Positions 49,690-62,320 of a DNA stretch of 64,000 nucleotides are shown here, in pieces. The stretch covers positions 4,906 to 68,905 of the forward strand of contig MCFE01000474.1 in assembly GCA_002104905.1 (NCBI GenBank), read 5' to 3'. The notes beneath the pieces are model-generated. The model worked only from the letters and a program-made list of their open reading frames with translations. It had not been told where the DNA came from and searched no databases. The stretch's first letter is position 1, and every line of letters begins with the position of its first letter. A program made the translations under genes and the position numbers. This stretch comes from Basidiobolus meristosporus CBS 931.73 (lineage: Eukaryota; Fungi; Basidiobolomycota).

Positions 49690-50139
49690 GAATCCAAACT
49701 CCTCTGCATTTAATGAACCTTAATTTGCCGGCTTAGATTGTCTTCTCTCAATAAAGTATGCATGTTTTCATGGAAGTTGGTTGCTAGTTTACTTTGAGGG
49801 GACACTCGCAGGGAGTAGCCCAATGATTGATCGCTCTTCACATAAACAGTCGTTTTCGACGTGAATGCCATCTGCGTTTTCTACATTGTAGTGGTATACC
49901 TTGTGCGGGGGCCAGTGCTTGTCGGGTGTGTCCGTTTCAATGCGATGCAAACCTATGCCAAGTTCCAAATTTAATCAGCAAACACCTGCCACGGGATGTC
50001 CAATCAGATTGCACAACTCTCATTCTGAGCTTCGCGCGGAGGGGAAAAATTCTATTGACTGGCAAATTTCTCCCATTGATAGTCCGTCTTTCCGCTATAT
50101 CTCTTTGGCTGCAGAAACTTTCTACCCTCTTATCCAACC

Positions 50140-50559
50140 ATGAACGCAACCAGAACCCTCCTTACCGGACGCGTCGCACCACGCGTAACCAGCTCTGTGC
50201 AGAAGCTCTCCGAGCAGGAGTATACCAGACAGAAGGCCCAGAACGCCTACAAATGGCTGTCTAAGGACGCCAAGAAAGTTGTGGATAGCGGAGAAAAAAT
50301 CCAGCCCGCCGGGTTTTTCAAAATCACTTTGATTCGTTCCCCCATTGGCCTCCACCCAAAAACCCGCAGAGCCGTAAAGGCCCTTGGTTTCAGGAAATTG
50401 CAGCAGACTATATTTAGACCACAAACCCCCGACGTTGCTGGTACCATTTTGAAATTGAAGGAGCTCTTGAGGGTCCACAATGTAAAACAACCCCACGAGA
50501 CAAGAGTCAAGGCGGCTAGAGGTTTTGAGGTTGAAAGATCCCATGGTTTCAACTATTGA
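50140..50559 (+). CDS. MRPL33: Mitochondrial ribosomal protein uL30m with N-terminal presequence
   Basis: FFKITLIRSPIGLHPKTRRAVKALGFRKLQQTIFRPQTPDVAGTILKLKELLRV is an L30 fold signature. Confidence 0.88.
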   Translation: MNATRTLLTGRVAPRVTSSVQKLSEQEYTRQKAQNAYKWLSKDAKKVVDSGEKIQPAGFFKITLIRSPIGLHPKTRRAVKALGFRKLQQTIFRPQTPDVAGTILKLKELLRVHNVKQPHETRVKAARGFEVERSHGFNY

Positions 50560-50993
50560 ACCATGAATTGCGTGGCACGCATATATATAACACATCAAAC
50601 AACCTACATTAGAGTAACTCCGCTTCATGTTCTTGCTCTCGATCATTTTCAGGCTCCTCTTGAGAATATTCAGTCTTTACACATCATTTATTCACCCCAA
50701 TTCTTTTCATATACTACCTTCATTCGCTCCTGTATTTGCTATCTAAGGATTAAATATACGAGTCCTCAAAGATGAATCCATGCTGGTTGCCCAGTACTGC
50801 TGACCGGGCCAAACCGGCAAGTCCTTGCTCTTCATATAAGTTGCCCGGAACATGGTAACAACCGCAGCCGCGCTGGTGAAGTTTAATTCTGCGTTTAACG
50901 GAATAATAATATTGTGGTGAAGAATTAAAAGGCGCTTGGGGTGGGATTTACATCTGGTTTCTTTATATCTTGGGAGCAGGCCGAGTGGCAATA

Positions 50994-51632
50994 TCATAGC
51001 CGAAACTCCAGTGGAACTTGAAGCTCGAGAAGATCTTGCCTAAGGTTGATTTGGCATGGGTCCCTGTCGGTCGCTGATCGAATGGGTAACCTGAGTTTTG
51101 GGATGGCGTGCCTCTGAAGCAGGCGAGGGAAAGGGTGCCTGTACGAACGGGAGATAAAATCATTGCGGATGTATGCCATATACTTGTCGCTAGTTACGAA
51201 CAGATTCGAGATGGGCGGCAGCTTAATCCCCTTTGAAGGCTCGGCTGGGGCGGGTGATTGCTCTCCTCTCGTCTCGTGTGGGTAATGGATGTCGGATAAA
51301 GACACTTCGCTTGGTTGGGACTTCTTCTTCATCTCCTGCCTTTTGTTCTGGAACCATATCTGAACACTTCTAGGGTGCATGCCAACTTTCTGAGCGATCT
51401 TTTCCCGCAGTTCCTTCGAGGGAAAGTTGTTGTGTTTGAGTATTTGGTTCAGCATTTTAATCTGATGAGAGTTGGCGCGTTTTCGCTTCGCTTTGACCGC
51501 CCGACCATTGACATTTCTGGATATGGTGGCCTCCTGGTCAAAGGACCTTAAGAGTTGGTCGATTTCGTAGCTCTCGGCTACAGGGCTGGGCGTGTCATCG
51601 CAGTAGGTGTAGGAGGCGTCTTCTGAGCTCAT
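50994..51632 (-). CDS. Homeodomain transcription factor (Yox1/Yhp1-like)
   Basis: KAKRKRANSHQIKML...FPSKELREKIAQKVGMHPRSVQIWFQNKRQ and an LPPISNL motif. An upstream exon is possible (acceptor near 51652). Confidence 0.85.
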   Translation of the reverse strand: MSSEDASYTYCDDTPSPVAESYEIDQLLRSFDQEATISRNVNGRAVKAKRKRANSHQIKMLNQILKHNNFPSKELREKIAQKVGMHPRSVQIWFQNKRQEMKKKSQPSEVSLSDIHYPHETRGEQSPAPAEPSKGIKLPPISNLFVTSDKYMAYIRNDFISRSYRHPFPRLLQRHAIPKLRLPIRSATDRDPCQINLRQDLLELQVPLEFRL

Positions 51633-54600
51633 GTTGGCAGTCGGTGGCAACCTACATGTACGGGCTTCTGATCACCGTCTTTATAAGTCTGGAGAATTAT
51701 AGTATATACATTAGGTTTTAGCGCAAGGTGTCAAGGAGCCTCGCCGTCACGTTAAACATAGTTTAGTGATATCAATCTCTTCTACATCAACGATATACTT
51801 GTTGCCTTATTGGGTCAGTGTTTACTGATGCGCATGGTTGCATGGAGATTGATTTCCATGGACATTTCGTGATCAAAAATAGAGCATTTAGTGAATGCCG
51901 CAAGGGCATTGTGGCATTGTCAGTCATTACACTAGATGAGTGGATGAAGTGGAAGCATGATAAATGGGAGGTTGAGCGAGGGAATTTGCCACTAAGGCTG
52001 TCTTAGTCACTTAAATGAATCCTCGTTGATAGTCTTTCCATTTATCAAACTCAGGATCATACGGTTGATGCTGACAAGGGATGAGTGGTTCGACACTTCC
52101 AATATATTGAATTCTGGTTAGGCTCGGGGTTCAGGTTTATTTAGGTCTAGATACGCATATAAGGGTGGGTGGGGTGTCGCTGGGAAGTTATAATAATTGC
52201 GTTCCTTCAGAGACACTTGCATGCTGGACATGAGTGTGTGTACAGTGGGATGAAGTGTGTTCTCTGCCTGGGATTGTATGCTGTGCACGGTCTATGCTTG
52301 GGATGATAGACTGCGTGTGCTCGCTGCTCCGCTATATCATTCCATCATGTCGATTACCATCACTCGATCCCCATGTGTGCATTTTACCGAGTAGATATTC
52401 ATGCAATGTTACGAGAATTGACGTTAACTGATCAGTCCTCGATCTGGATACATGATTTGTTTGTTTCTTAGATTTCAGAGCGAACGGATTGGCAACACTT
52501 GCCGCACTGTAGCTCCCAAACATTCATCCGATGCATCAGAAATCTCGAGGAGTCCCACTTGGCAACTTCGATTATATCATTCTACTTGCACCGTTTGGTG
52601 TCGTGTCTTTCGGGGCCTCTGATCCTGGAAAAGATGAACCATGGTCCCTGCACAAGGATGTCATGGAAAGTGTGGGTGGATATCATTTGAATGTGACCAC
52701 CACTTCCCTCCATTGGGCCTTCTGATGCAAACTTGTTCCCTTCATTGGCGCTAATATTTTTGTTAGGCACTGGTTTCAAAATCATCTAGATTGGTTTGGC
52801 ACCCGAGCCAAATAGATGAAGTCAATTAGTCGTTGATTTCCACCATCCAACCTCTGTTCAGTGGGTAGTTAAGCATCTGGATAACCTAACTGATGATAAT
52901 AATCAAGCGGGATATGTCATGCTACCTGGGAAATCTTATTCGCGCCCTGTTGTTAGCCAGCACAGACCCATATCGAACAACATGCTGAAGTATATTCCGA
53001 TTACATATGAACGCCACCGATAGATCCATAAACGCCGACTAATACATGGGAGAATTCAATCTCGCTTTTGTAACATATTGCGTTGATGAAGTTCGTGATT
53101 CAAGCAATCCATGGTGGATGATCATTGTTGGCGCTGGCGAGTTGCATCCCGTTCTCCGTTACCTTGGCGCTCTCTGGTTCTATACTGCAGAAATAAATAC
53201 CGCCAGAATCCTCAAAGGACAACATCCGTAGAATATTTTCAAAGGAACCACAGTTACGTAGGTGGTTTTTGTTCACACAAACGAGGTAGTCAAGGTAATA
53301 TATATGAGAGGGGCATTGATCCCAGAAATCAGCTGAATCCCTCTCGCTCGGACTACCAGCATGACAAAGCGATACAATCAACAATGCTCATTCTCGCTTG
53401 AGCCATCAACGCGATGTAAGTGTGACCTGTCCCAAATACATTGCTGGTTATAGAGAGCACCTGGCGTGGATGTATACTGCGAGCGGTATAGATGTCTCTA
53501 GCGAGTTCCATGCATGTGTTTTTATCAGCAGTAGCCTAGGATGATCATCTTTTTATCTTTAGCTAACCGTCAGTCGTCCTAGCATCAAGCCTCCACTTGT
53601 CAAAACTAATGGCCATGCCCGACTTGCGAACATATCTGATAGTTGCCTGACTTGGGTCTGATAGTCATATCTTGCTCAAGCAATCCTTGGCGAATTGTTT
53701 GGACCATTAGGGCTGGCCCGGTGAAACTTCCTCATGGAGGAGGCCACTGCCAGTTTGCCATTTCGTGGGATAATATGTGAAGCCATCTACAGCAATTTTC
53801 TCATAGTATGGTTCTAAACCAGTAGTCAAATACATCAAATTTTCCTCTTTGTCAGTTTGAGACTTGAAATAGTAGTGGAAGACGAAGGCCAAACATTGCT
53901 TAGCTGCAATATTGTCAATATGATCAGCTTCCATTCATAAATCAGAAATGGCTTGATGGCTAAGCCATGATGGATCACTGGATTTAACACGGCATCTGAT
54001 GACAAGGATTATCACACTACACATCGTGTACTTTGACCATCTCAGACTGCCTTTTCAAAATGTACATCCGTGTGTAGAGTTTGGCTTTTGAATGTGTTTG
54101 TGCTGTATATACTGTTTTGGCCCCATGTCTCTCTTACACCTGACTTAGTGGCCAGTGCTACAGTATGCAGATTTGTGAAGAGCATAATACAGTCAAGTCT
54201 AATTGAATATTGACCAATAGCTATCGCTCACAATGGCTATGGTGTGATTGGTAGCGTGGATAGCAGGTTTGATATGTATTCTATTGGCACCCAGTTAATA
54301 TGAATTATCATACTATTTTCATGACCTTCTACAGCCCACTTTTATAAGTATCGTGGTGAAGTCGCATATAAGATATTGATACTTCTCTTTTACTCAATAT
54401 GGGAAACCCCACTGATTCCTAATGAATGCCCAAGTTCCAGTTCCGCGACTAACACTAATATGCGGGAAGTGAGTATCATGACAACATTCAACCATTCCAG
54501 ATGACTGATTTGGCAGTTCTTGGATCGCGGAAAAAGTGCAGATACAAAAATTTTAAAATCATTCATGAGCCTCTAACCCTGAACATATTTTTCCATGACT

Positions 54601-55179
54601 ATGAACAACCCACTATTAAATTGGCTTTATGAGAATCTACAAGCTCATTTTGCATCGGTCTGCTCGTTGAGTGATAGCGATGGTTGCATGGACTGCAACA
54701 TAGCATGGTAAGCTATATGGTTACTGCGAATTGCTTCCGGGGCGCTGTATATTTATCGAAGTAATATCAATATAAAACAAGTGCACCAAAATATCTGTCT
54801 CAATTTAAATCAGCTCTACAACGGTCTTCATCAATCGATTCCTCATGGCCCTATTTATGTCACTACCCACACGTCCCCTTAGTAACATGCACAATCGCAG
54901 CGTGTCCTATTTTTGGTCGAAACAATATACAAAGATTTTCAACCTTAAATCCATTATTGTTGTGATGATGGTGTCGTACAAACAAATGTTGATCCAACAC
55001 CGAACTGCACATGCACAGCATCATTCTTGTGTGCATGTTACCAGCGATCACAGGCAATACCACTTACAACATAACTCCATGCATCATCAATGCGAACGGC
55101 GAATCCCATTGTACGATGTTTGATTAATTTCATGCAGTTTATCAAAATTGCAGCAAAAATATAAAATCATCATCCAGAG

Positions 55180-55673
55180 TTAATCAAAGTAGGCCATCAG
55201 CTCAATCACCATATCTATCTCGGCCTGATCATGGCAGCTCCAGCTGGAATTCACAATGGCCAATACGGGGTCAATTCCACAATGCATGTCCTGGAATAGG
55301 CCGCTGTCGCCACAGATCTCTCCCAGGAGATCGCCTTCTTCGCAGTCCATCACCTCCCACTCCGAGATGAGGGCGTTCAGTGAGTCGAAGAGCGCATCCT
55401 GTGCACAGCTCAACTCTACAATGAGAAACAGAAACATTAGCAACCATTCGCAACTACAGGGGAGAATGGGTCGGTCCTACCATCAATCATGTGGAGAAGA
55501 TTCTCCTCCTTCTTACCGGCTGTCAGAATCAAGATACGCTGGTAGTCATCTCCATGAATAGCCCCGTAGAAGCTAGTGTTCATCCTTGACGAAGCACTGA
55601 TCAAATTGGATACTTTTCTGATCAGACGCAAGCTGACAGTGGAGCGACGCTTAGTAGTACGAATGAAGTGCAT
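55180..55673 (-). CDS. Orphan two-exon gene, copy L (~142 aa, unknown function)
   Basis: Mirror of copy R. Ends ...MAYFD-TAA. Confidence 0.7.
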
Positions 55674-56564
55674 GGTTGTTGATGCTGTCCCAGTCACCAA
55701 GCAGAGGATATTTATGGCACTTTGACAGCAACCGCTTAGCCGTTGAAAAAAGGTTTGTGATAGCATCGTACACTGGCATTATTATGCCTGAGGGTCAAAA
55801 GCGCAGCAGAGTCACTATGAAATCAGGAGATAAGCAGTCACCTGGTCAGGTAAGGGGTGAATTTTTAGATACAATAGCGCTACCTAATTATTAGTTGCGG
55901 ATCCTGGAGTTGGTGCTCAACTCAGCATCAAACAAGTGTTCTTGGACGTTTTACAGTAGTGACAACGGAGTCAGATTGAGCTCAAGTTAATGTCCTCATA
56001 CACATACGAGATACTGTATACGAAACTATACAGCTTGGTGTCTTTTCAGTATACCTTTCACGCTTTCTGTTTTAAATGGTCACCAGTTGAAGAAACCATC
56101 TTAGCGAGAGAGCTATATGGGGATGCTTTATAAAAACAGCCTGAAGCCTTTTAGTTATCTAGAGTCTTTTGAGCATCAGCGGAGAGCACAAACGTAATAC
56201 TGGACAAGTACGAACATAGAGCCTCGCTCAAAGTATCTGATAATCATAATATCAAGTATTCTGGGCTTTTTACCTTGAAATACACCAAATTATTGGTAGC
56301 TACTGGATCACTTGATACAAGCTGGTCGTATAACAATGGATTCCAGATAACAATAGAAGTGAGCTGTATCTAAGCTTTTGCCTCTTGTTCAACCAAGTGA
56401 CTGCTTATCTCCTGATTTCATAGTGACTCTGCTGCGCTTTTGACCCTCAGGCATAATAATGCCAGTGTACGATGCTATCACAAACCTTTTTTCAACGGCT
56501 AAGCGGTTGCTGTCAAAGTGCCATAAATATCCTCTGCTTGGTGACTGGGACAGCATCAACAACC

Positions 56565-57058
56565 ATGCACTTCATTCGTACTACTAAGCGTCGCTCCACT
56601 GTCAGCTTGCGTCTGATCAGAAAAGTATCCAATTTGATCAGTGCTTCGTCAAGGATGAACACTAGCTTCTACGGGGCTATTCATGGAGATGACTACCAGC
56701 GTATCTTGATTCTGACAGCCGGTAAGAAGGAGGAGAATCTTCTCCACATGATTGATGGTAGGACCGACCCATTCTCCCCTGTAGTTGCGAATGGTTGCTA
56801 ATGTTTCTGTTTCTCATTGTAGAGTTGAGCTGTGCACAGGATGCGCTCTTCGACTCACTGAACGCCCTCATCTCGGAGTGGGAGGTGATGGACTGCGAAG
56901 AAGGCGATCTCCTGGGAGAGATCTGTGGCAACAACGGCCTATTACAGGACATACATTGTGGAATTGACCCCGTATTGGCCATTGTGAATTCCAGCTGGAG
57001 CTGCCATGATCAGGCTGAGATAGATATGGTGATTGAGCTGATGGCCAACTTTGACTGA
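56565..57058 (+). CDS. Orphan two-exon gene, copy R (~142 aa, unknown function)
   Basis: TATA-like CATAAATA at 56522, ATG in AACCATG, 65-nt phase-1 intron 56758-56822 (GTAGGA, branch GCTAAT, polypyrimidine tract, TAG) joining both ORFs in frame. Alternative in-frame donor GTAAGA at 56722. Confidence 0.7.
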
Positions 57059-57344
57059 ATCTGTAGTTATGAATTTTTGAAACTTTTGACCCTGTACACT
57101 TGTCAATAAATCCGCTCCTTGCTAACAAAGGTAAAATCAAGATGTTTGTCTGCTAATCATCTCAACATGCTTGTAACATGATGTAGGCAGTTGGTGAATT
57201 TGGTTCATTATGCTTATTGCAATGAAAGATGACAATTGGAATGCAACTGGTCCAAAATGATTCTTTCCAGAGTATAAGCATATTCTTAACATAAAGCTCT
57301 CCAAGTGATATTAGTAGACTGAGAAACAGAATCAGTTAGCAACT

Positions 57345-58440
57345 AAATCCCAACAAGGAATCTGGTCAGAGATCTCAAAGTTTGTAAGGAAATGATTCAA
57401 GTGACTAAGTTAGGTTAATTCCTAGGTGCAATTATGAGCTTTTTACAACACTCCCACTCATCTAAATACTCATATTAACTAGTCCCAACTGTGATCTGAG
57501 ATATTTAAACTTGTCTTTAGTTAATGGTCTGGTAGATATGTCTGCAATTGTTTAATCTCTGGGAGAGTAAACTAAATTAACTGAGCTCTTCTATATAGCT
57601 TCCCATATGAGATGATATCAGATATCTGTGTGCTGTGCTCTAACATGAAAAGCTAGATTTCTACTTAATTGCATATTCCCTTGATTGTCTAGATTTAATC
57701 TAATAGAATCTTTTTAATATACTCCTAAATCTTCCAAGGGTTTCTTAAATATAATGAACTCTTTTGGTCAAACAGGCTGCCATATATTCTGCCTCTGTGG
57801 TGAAAAGTCCTACAGTGGGTTGCATTCTGGAATTCAATGAAATTGTCCCTTTAGAGTAGAGAATGGTGCATGTTATGGTGGATCATCTGTCTTCTAAGTT
57901 TTTCCCCAAGCATCATAAGAGTACTCCAAAAGATCTTGCTCTGAGTTCCTATTGGTGTACTGTAAGCAGAAACAAGCCTTTATTTTCTAATATCTCATAA
58001 CTCATTTAACTGCTGCAATATGTGCATATCAATATTACTGATGAAGCTGGTTAATAGCTCCCACTGAATATATGATGCCTAGAAATGTTCCTTACTTGAT
58101 ATATATTAAGCTGCTAGTCATAGACTGGTAACTGAAGCTTGGGCTCTTGGATGGCATCAAGTCTTTGTCATTTGGTTGAGTCCTGACCAAGTTAAGGTGC
58201 TTCTCCATTGGCATAGCTGCTTCTTTGCAGTCTTCCATTTGGTTTCCTTAAGTATATCTTGAGTTTTAGATTGCACACTTTAAATTACCTGGATAGGCTG
58301 GATTTAGTCTCTTCCAATGTTTTTGGGTTATTAATGGCTACAATAATAGAATCCAAGTACTGAGAAAATAGCACTGGATTTGCTCTATTGACATATAGTA
58401 AATACTAAAGTGAACAATACTTCTGTGGAAACTTTGAGCA
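57345..58440 (-). mobile_element. Decayed Copia RT/RNase H, PPT and partial LTR (family of 27868-32367)
   Basis: Colinear with 28110-29290. Confidence 0.85.
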
Positions 58441-59145
58441 TCTAGGGAGGCAGCTAAATTGCAATATCAGACTCTCTGTGTCATGTCCACATGACATTCA
58501 TAACCTTTCATTACCTGGTCAAATCAAATTGGTGAAGAAATCCCAGTTCCTTATAGAAAGTTCTAGTACATTCTTAAAACTTCTTGAATACTCCAAGTCA
58601 ACACTACACAATGAGATATTTTATGGAAGCCTCCCTCTGGAATTTGTGTAGCTCAGTACTATATATGATAATTGCATGTCACATGACCTAGTCACATGAT
58701 CACCCAACTGTTTGCATATCCCCATGTGATTTTCTAGTCTGTTCTTTAGTATATTTCTATCTCAGCACACTGACTGTGCTTCATCCCAGAACCCTATCAG
58801 TATTAACCAATAACTCTTGGCATCCATATTGCCAAAAAGTATATATAGCTCTATCCCCCCTTGTGTACTCCTCAGTCTGATAAACACAGGTCTTGAATAA
58901 ACAGCCTTGCCTTCAAATCTGTCTAGCCTTGTTGATCCAAACCTAAGTCCTTTCCTGGTTCTGGGTTGCCTAGCCCTACTCCCCTCCCTTGTGTCTATTC
59001 CTAACAGGATCAGATCTGGAGAGTTGTGATTAATTACATCACCGCCATTCTTGACTACTCAAAATATTTTTTTCAATTTGGAAATATTAAAATCAAGTGT
59101 GATGTGTCCACAGCTGTTGCAAATAAACACAAAATGGTTTATTAT

Positions 59146-59493
59146 TGTTGAAAAGACTTGTAATTCCACCTAAATATTAACCTATTTAGTCACTTAGATC
59201 TCTACCTTCAAATCATAGAGAATACTGACCAAATTCCTTGTTTGGATTTACTTGGAATATTTTCACCAAAATATCAGATACCCAGAACATGGGAATTCTC
59301 AAAGTTGTCCAAACAGCCCCAAACTTTGCACATATGTTCTTGAAATCTTCCTTAACCTATTCTACATGTTTGCTATGCCAAGACCATATAAAAGTATACA
59401 TACTACTTTTACATTCAATAAATCATTAAGTGAAAACCACATAATCTACTTGTTCTCCCAATCACATCCAGTATCTCCAAAACTCTTACAATA
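59146..59493 (+). repeat. Solo Copia LTR
   Basis: Reverse complement of the 349-bp LTR. TSD ATTAT/ATCAT. Confidence 0.88.
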
Positions 59494-61665
59494 ATCATCT
59501 GGTAAAACTTTTTGGCAAAAATATTTTTTCAAGTCTGGAGATTGCTAAAGTCAAATTATGGGTGCTTATAGTTGTTGCCATTAAAATCAACCTAATATGG
59601 TTTGTTATCTGGAAAACTTTTTTGGTTCAAGAAATATTTTTTCAAGTCTGAAAACTATCTTAAGCTAAGCCAGGATGTTTTATATATTTCAAGTATGCAA
59701 ACAAAATAAAGAAATAAAAAGTGGCAGCAAAGTCAACAAAAAATATTATCAATTGTTATGATAAAAGGTGAGAGTTTTGGTGCCATAGTGTTAAATAAGA
59801 AATGTATGTACAAATTACGCAATTTCTATACATAAAAATGTGCGCAAAAAATGCAACAATATCAAATTGCCATTTTTGGCATGGTGCACCCTACAGCCAA
59901 AATATTTTATCATGAAGTTTCTTCAGGGTTTTGTTTATCTCATACAATATGTCCTAAGCGTCTCCCACAATAAAGAAATTGTATCATCTTTAATTAGCAA
60001 AATTACACTATTTGATGAATTATACATTTCTCCAAGTACTATTCCAGCAGTAGTTAGACAATTTCTCGTTGGAGATGTAGTTGGAGTTGCAGTCAGGGTT
60101 GTAGTTGAAGGTGTGGTATAAGCAGGTAGTTTAGCAGAATACATATGCCTTTCCATTAGTACATCCTTGGGAGAATAAAGTGGCCAATAGTCTATATCTT
60201 CAGGAATTGGTTCAGTGACTATTTTGTATGTCCCATGTATATTTTCTGCAGCTGTTTAGTCAGCAGTATACAAAGTTTCTTCTGCAAGTTGCAAATTAGC
60301 TGTTTCTACAGTAGGTGTGCAAGTGTCTAATAGTGCCTTACCCAATGTAGAATTTTGAGCAACAGAAATATTTTTTCCTGAGTTTAGTTCTTGAAGTGGT
60401 GAACTAAGCTTTTGAAGTCTGAGTTTATGAGGAAAGGCAAGAGGTTTGCCCAGAGTTGGTTTGTCAGATGAAGTTATAGAGTTTGTGCTATTATCCAACA
60501 AATCAACTTTATTTACAGTATTGTTGATTTCAAATATTGTTTCAATGCCATCTTATGACTTATCAACTTTATGTACAGGTTTTGGTTTGTCATATAAAGA
60601 AAAAAATTTCTTTGGCAGAAGCTTACTCAAGAGATGTATATAAGATTGCAAATTACTTGATAAAGCTATGCCAGAGTGCAAGATATTATTACAGGAATTG
60701 TCTGAAGTATGATACAGCCACATCTAGATTCTTTATTTCTGCCATTTTTTATTATAGCAAGACAGAAAAAATCCTCAAGATCTTGCTTGTAATCAACTTT
60801 GAAATTGTCCATTATAGCTGCAGCAGTTATGAGAGTACCAGATACGTATTGGTCAAATTACTGAGCAATGTCAAACCCAAGTCAATATAAGAATTAACAA
60901 ATTCAGGTTCCATAGTTGGTTAACTTGTAAGTCAATTGGTTGGGTGAAGTTGTGATAAGAGAATTATAGCATGAAAAAAGAGAGACTAATAGTACAAACA
61001 AGAAAACAAAGACTTATGTCTGTTAGGGTGGCACATCAAGGGTCAGTCATTAAATAAAAGATTCTTTTGTAAAAATTTTATTGTCAAACATTTTTTTATC
61101 CCAAAAATTTTTTTGTTTGATGTAACTGCATTGGATTGATATTTTAAATGTTTGTTTGATCTTAATCCAAACTTGTTATCTCAAACCTTTTTGCATCTTG
61201 AGAGTATTTTTGGTTTGAACTAAAAATTTTTTTAAGATACTGTATATATTTATTATATCTTGGTTCAAACTTGTCATCTCAAGACTTTTCACATCTTGGA
61301 AATACTTTTGGTTAGAACTAAAAGAATTTACAAAACTTTTTATGTGTTGAAAATAATTTTTGTTAAAACCAAAAGTTTGTCATCTGGAAAAAGCTTTGCT
61401 CAAACTAGTTTAAAAGTTTATTGTCTGCAAAGAGTTTTGGCCCAGCTCAAAAGTTGTCATTTGCAGTAAAATTTGGCCTGATGCAAAAGTTGTTGTGTGA
61501 AAAAAGTTTGGCCTGACCCAAAAGTTATTTGAAACTTTTTGTCCAAAAATAAAATATTATCATCTTGATGAACATTTTGTTCTTAAAAATAAGAATAGTC
61601 ATCTGAAAAACTTATGTATAATTTGATTATTATCATCACACGCAAATTTTGAAGTAGTCTATAGT

Positions 61666-62320
61666 TGTTGTAAGAGTCTCGGGGATATTAGAAGTGATTG
61701 GGAGGACAAGTAGATTATGTAGTTTTAACTTAATGATTTATTGAATGTAAAAGTAATATTCATACTTTTACATGGTCTTGGCATAACAAACAGATAGAAT
61801 AGGTTAAGAAAGGTCCCAAGAACATGTGTACAAAGTTTGGGCTATTTGGACAACTTTGAGAATTTTCATGTTCTGGGTACCTGGTATTTTGGTGAAGATA
61901 TTTTAAGTAAATCCCAACAAGGAATTTGGTCAGTATTCCCTAGGATACAAAGGTATAATTTAAGTGACTAGGCTAGGTGAATGTTTAAATGGAACTACAA
62001 ATTTTTACAACATTCCCACTCAGCTAAATGTTAATATTGACTAGTCCTAATTTTGACCTAAGATATTCAAACTTGTCTCTAGCTAATAGTTTGGTAAGTA
62101 TGTCTGCAATCATTTCATATGTAGGACAGTAAACTAAGCTAACTAAGTTATTCTCTATAGCTTTACATATGAAATGATGTCTAATATCTTTGTGCTTAGT
62201 TCTAGCATGAAAAGTTGGATTTATACCTGATTGAATACATCCTTGATTATCTTGAAATAAAGTAATAGGCTTTTTTGACAAAGGCCTAAATCTGTAAAAA
62301 GCTTTCTTTGCCACATTGCT
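61666..62320 (-). mobile_element. Copia 3' LTR (61666-62012) plus RNase H fragment
   Basis: LTR colinear with 27868-28216. TFHARTKHKDIRHHF...ADILTKLL. Confidence 0.9.

Larger units (their letters stand above)
55180..57058. repeat. Inverted segmental duplication: arms ~55180-55846 and ~56393-57058, ~545-bp spacer
   Basis: Identical ORFs reported on opposite strands (55437-55766 minus, 56472-56801 plus). About 8 differences seen by eye over ~670 bp. Confidence 0.97.
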
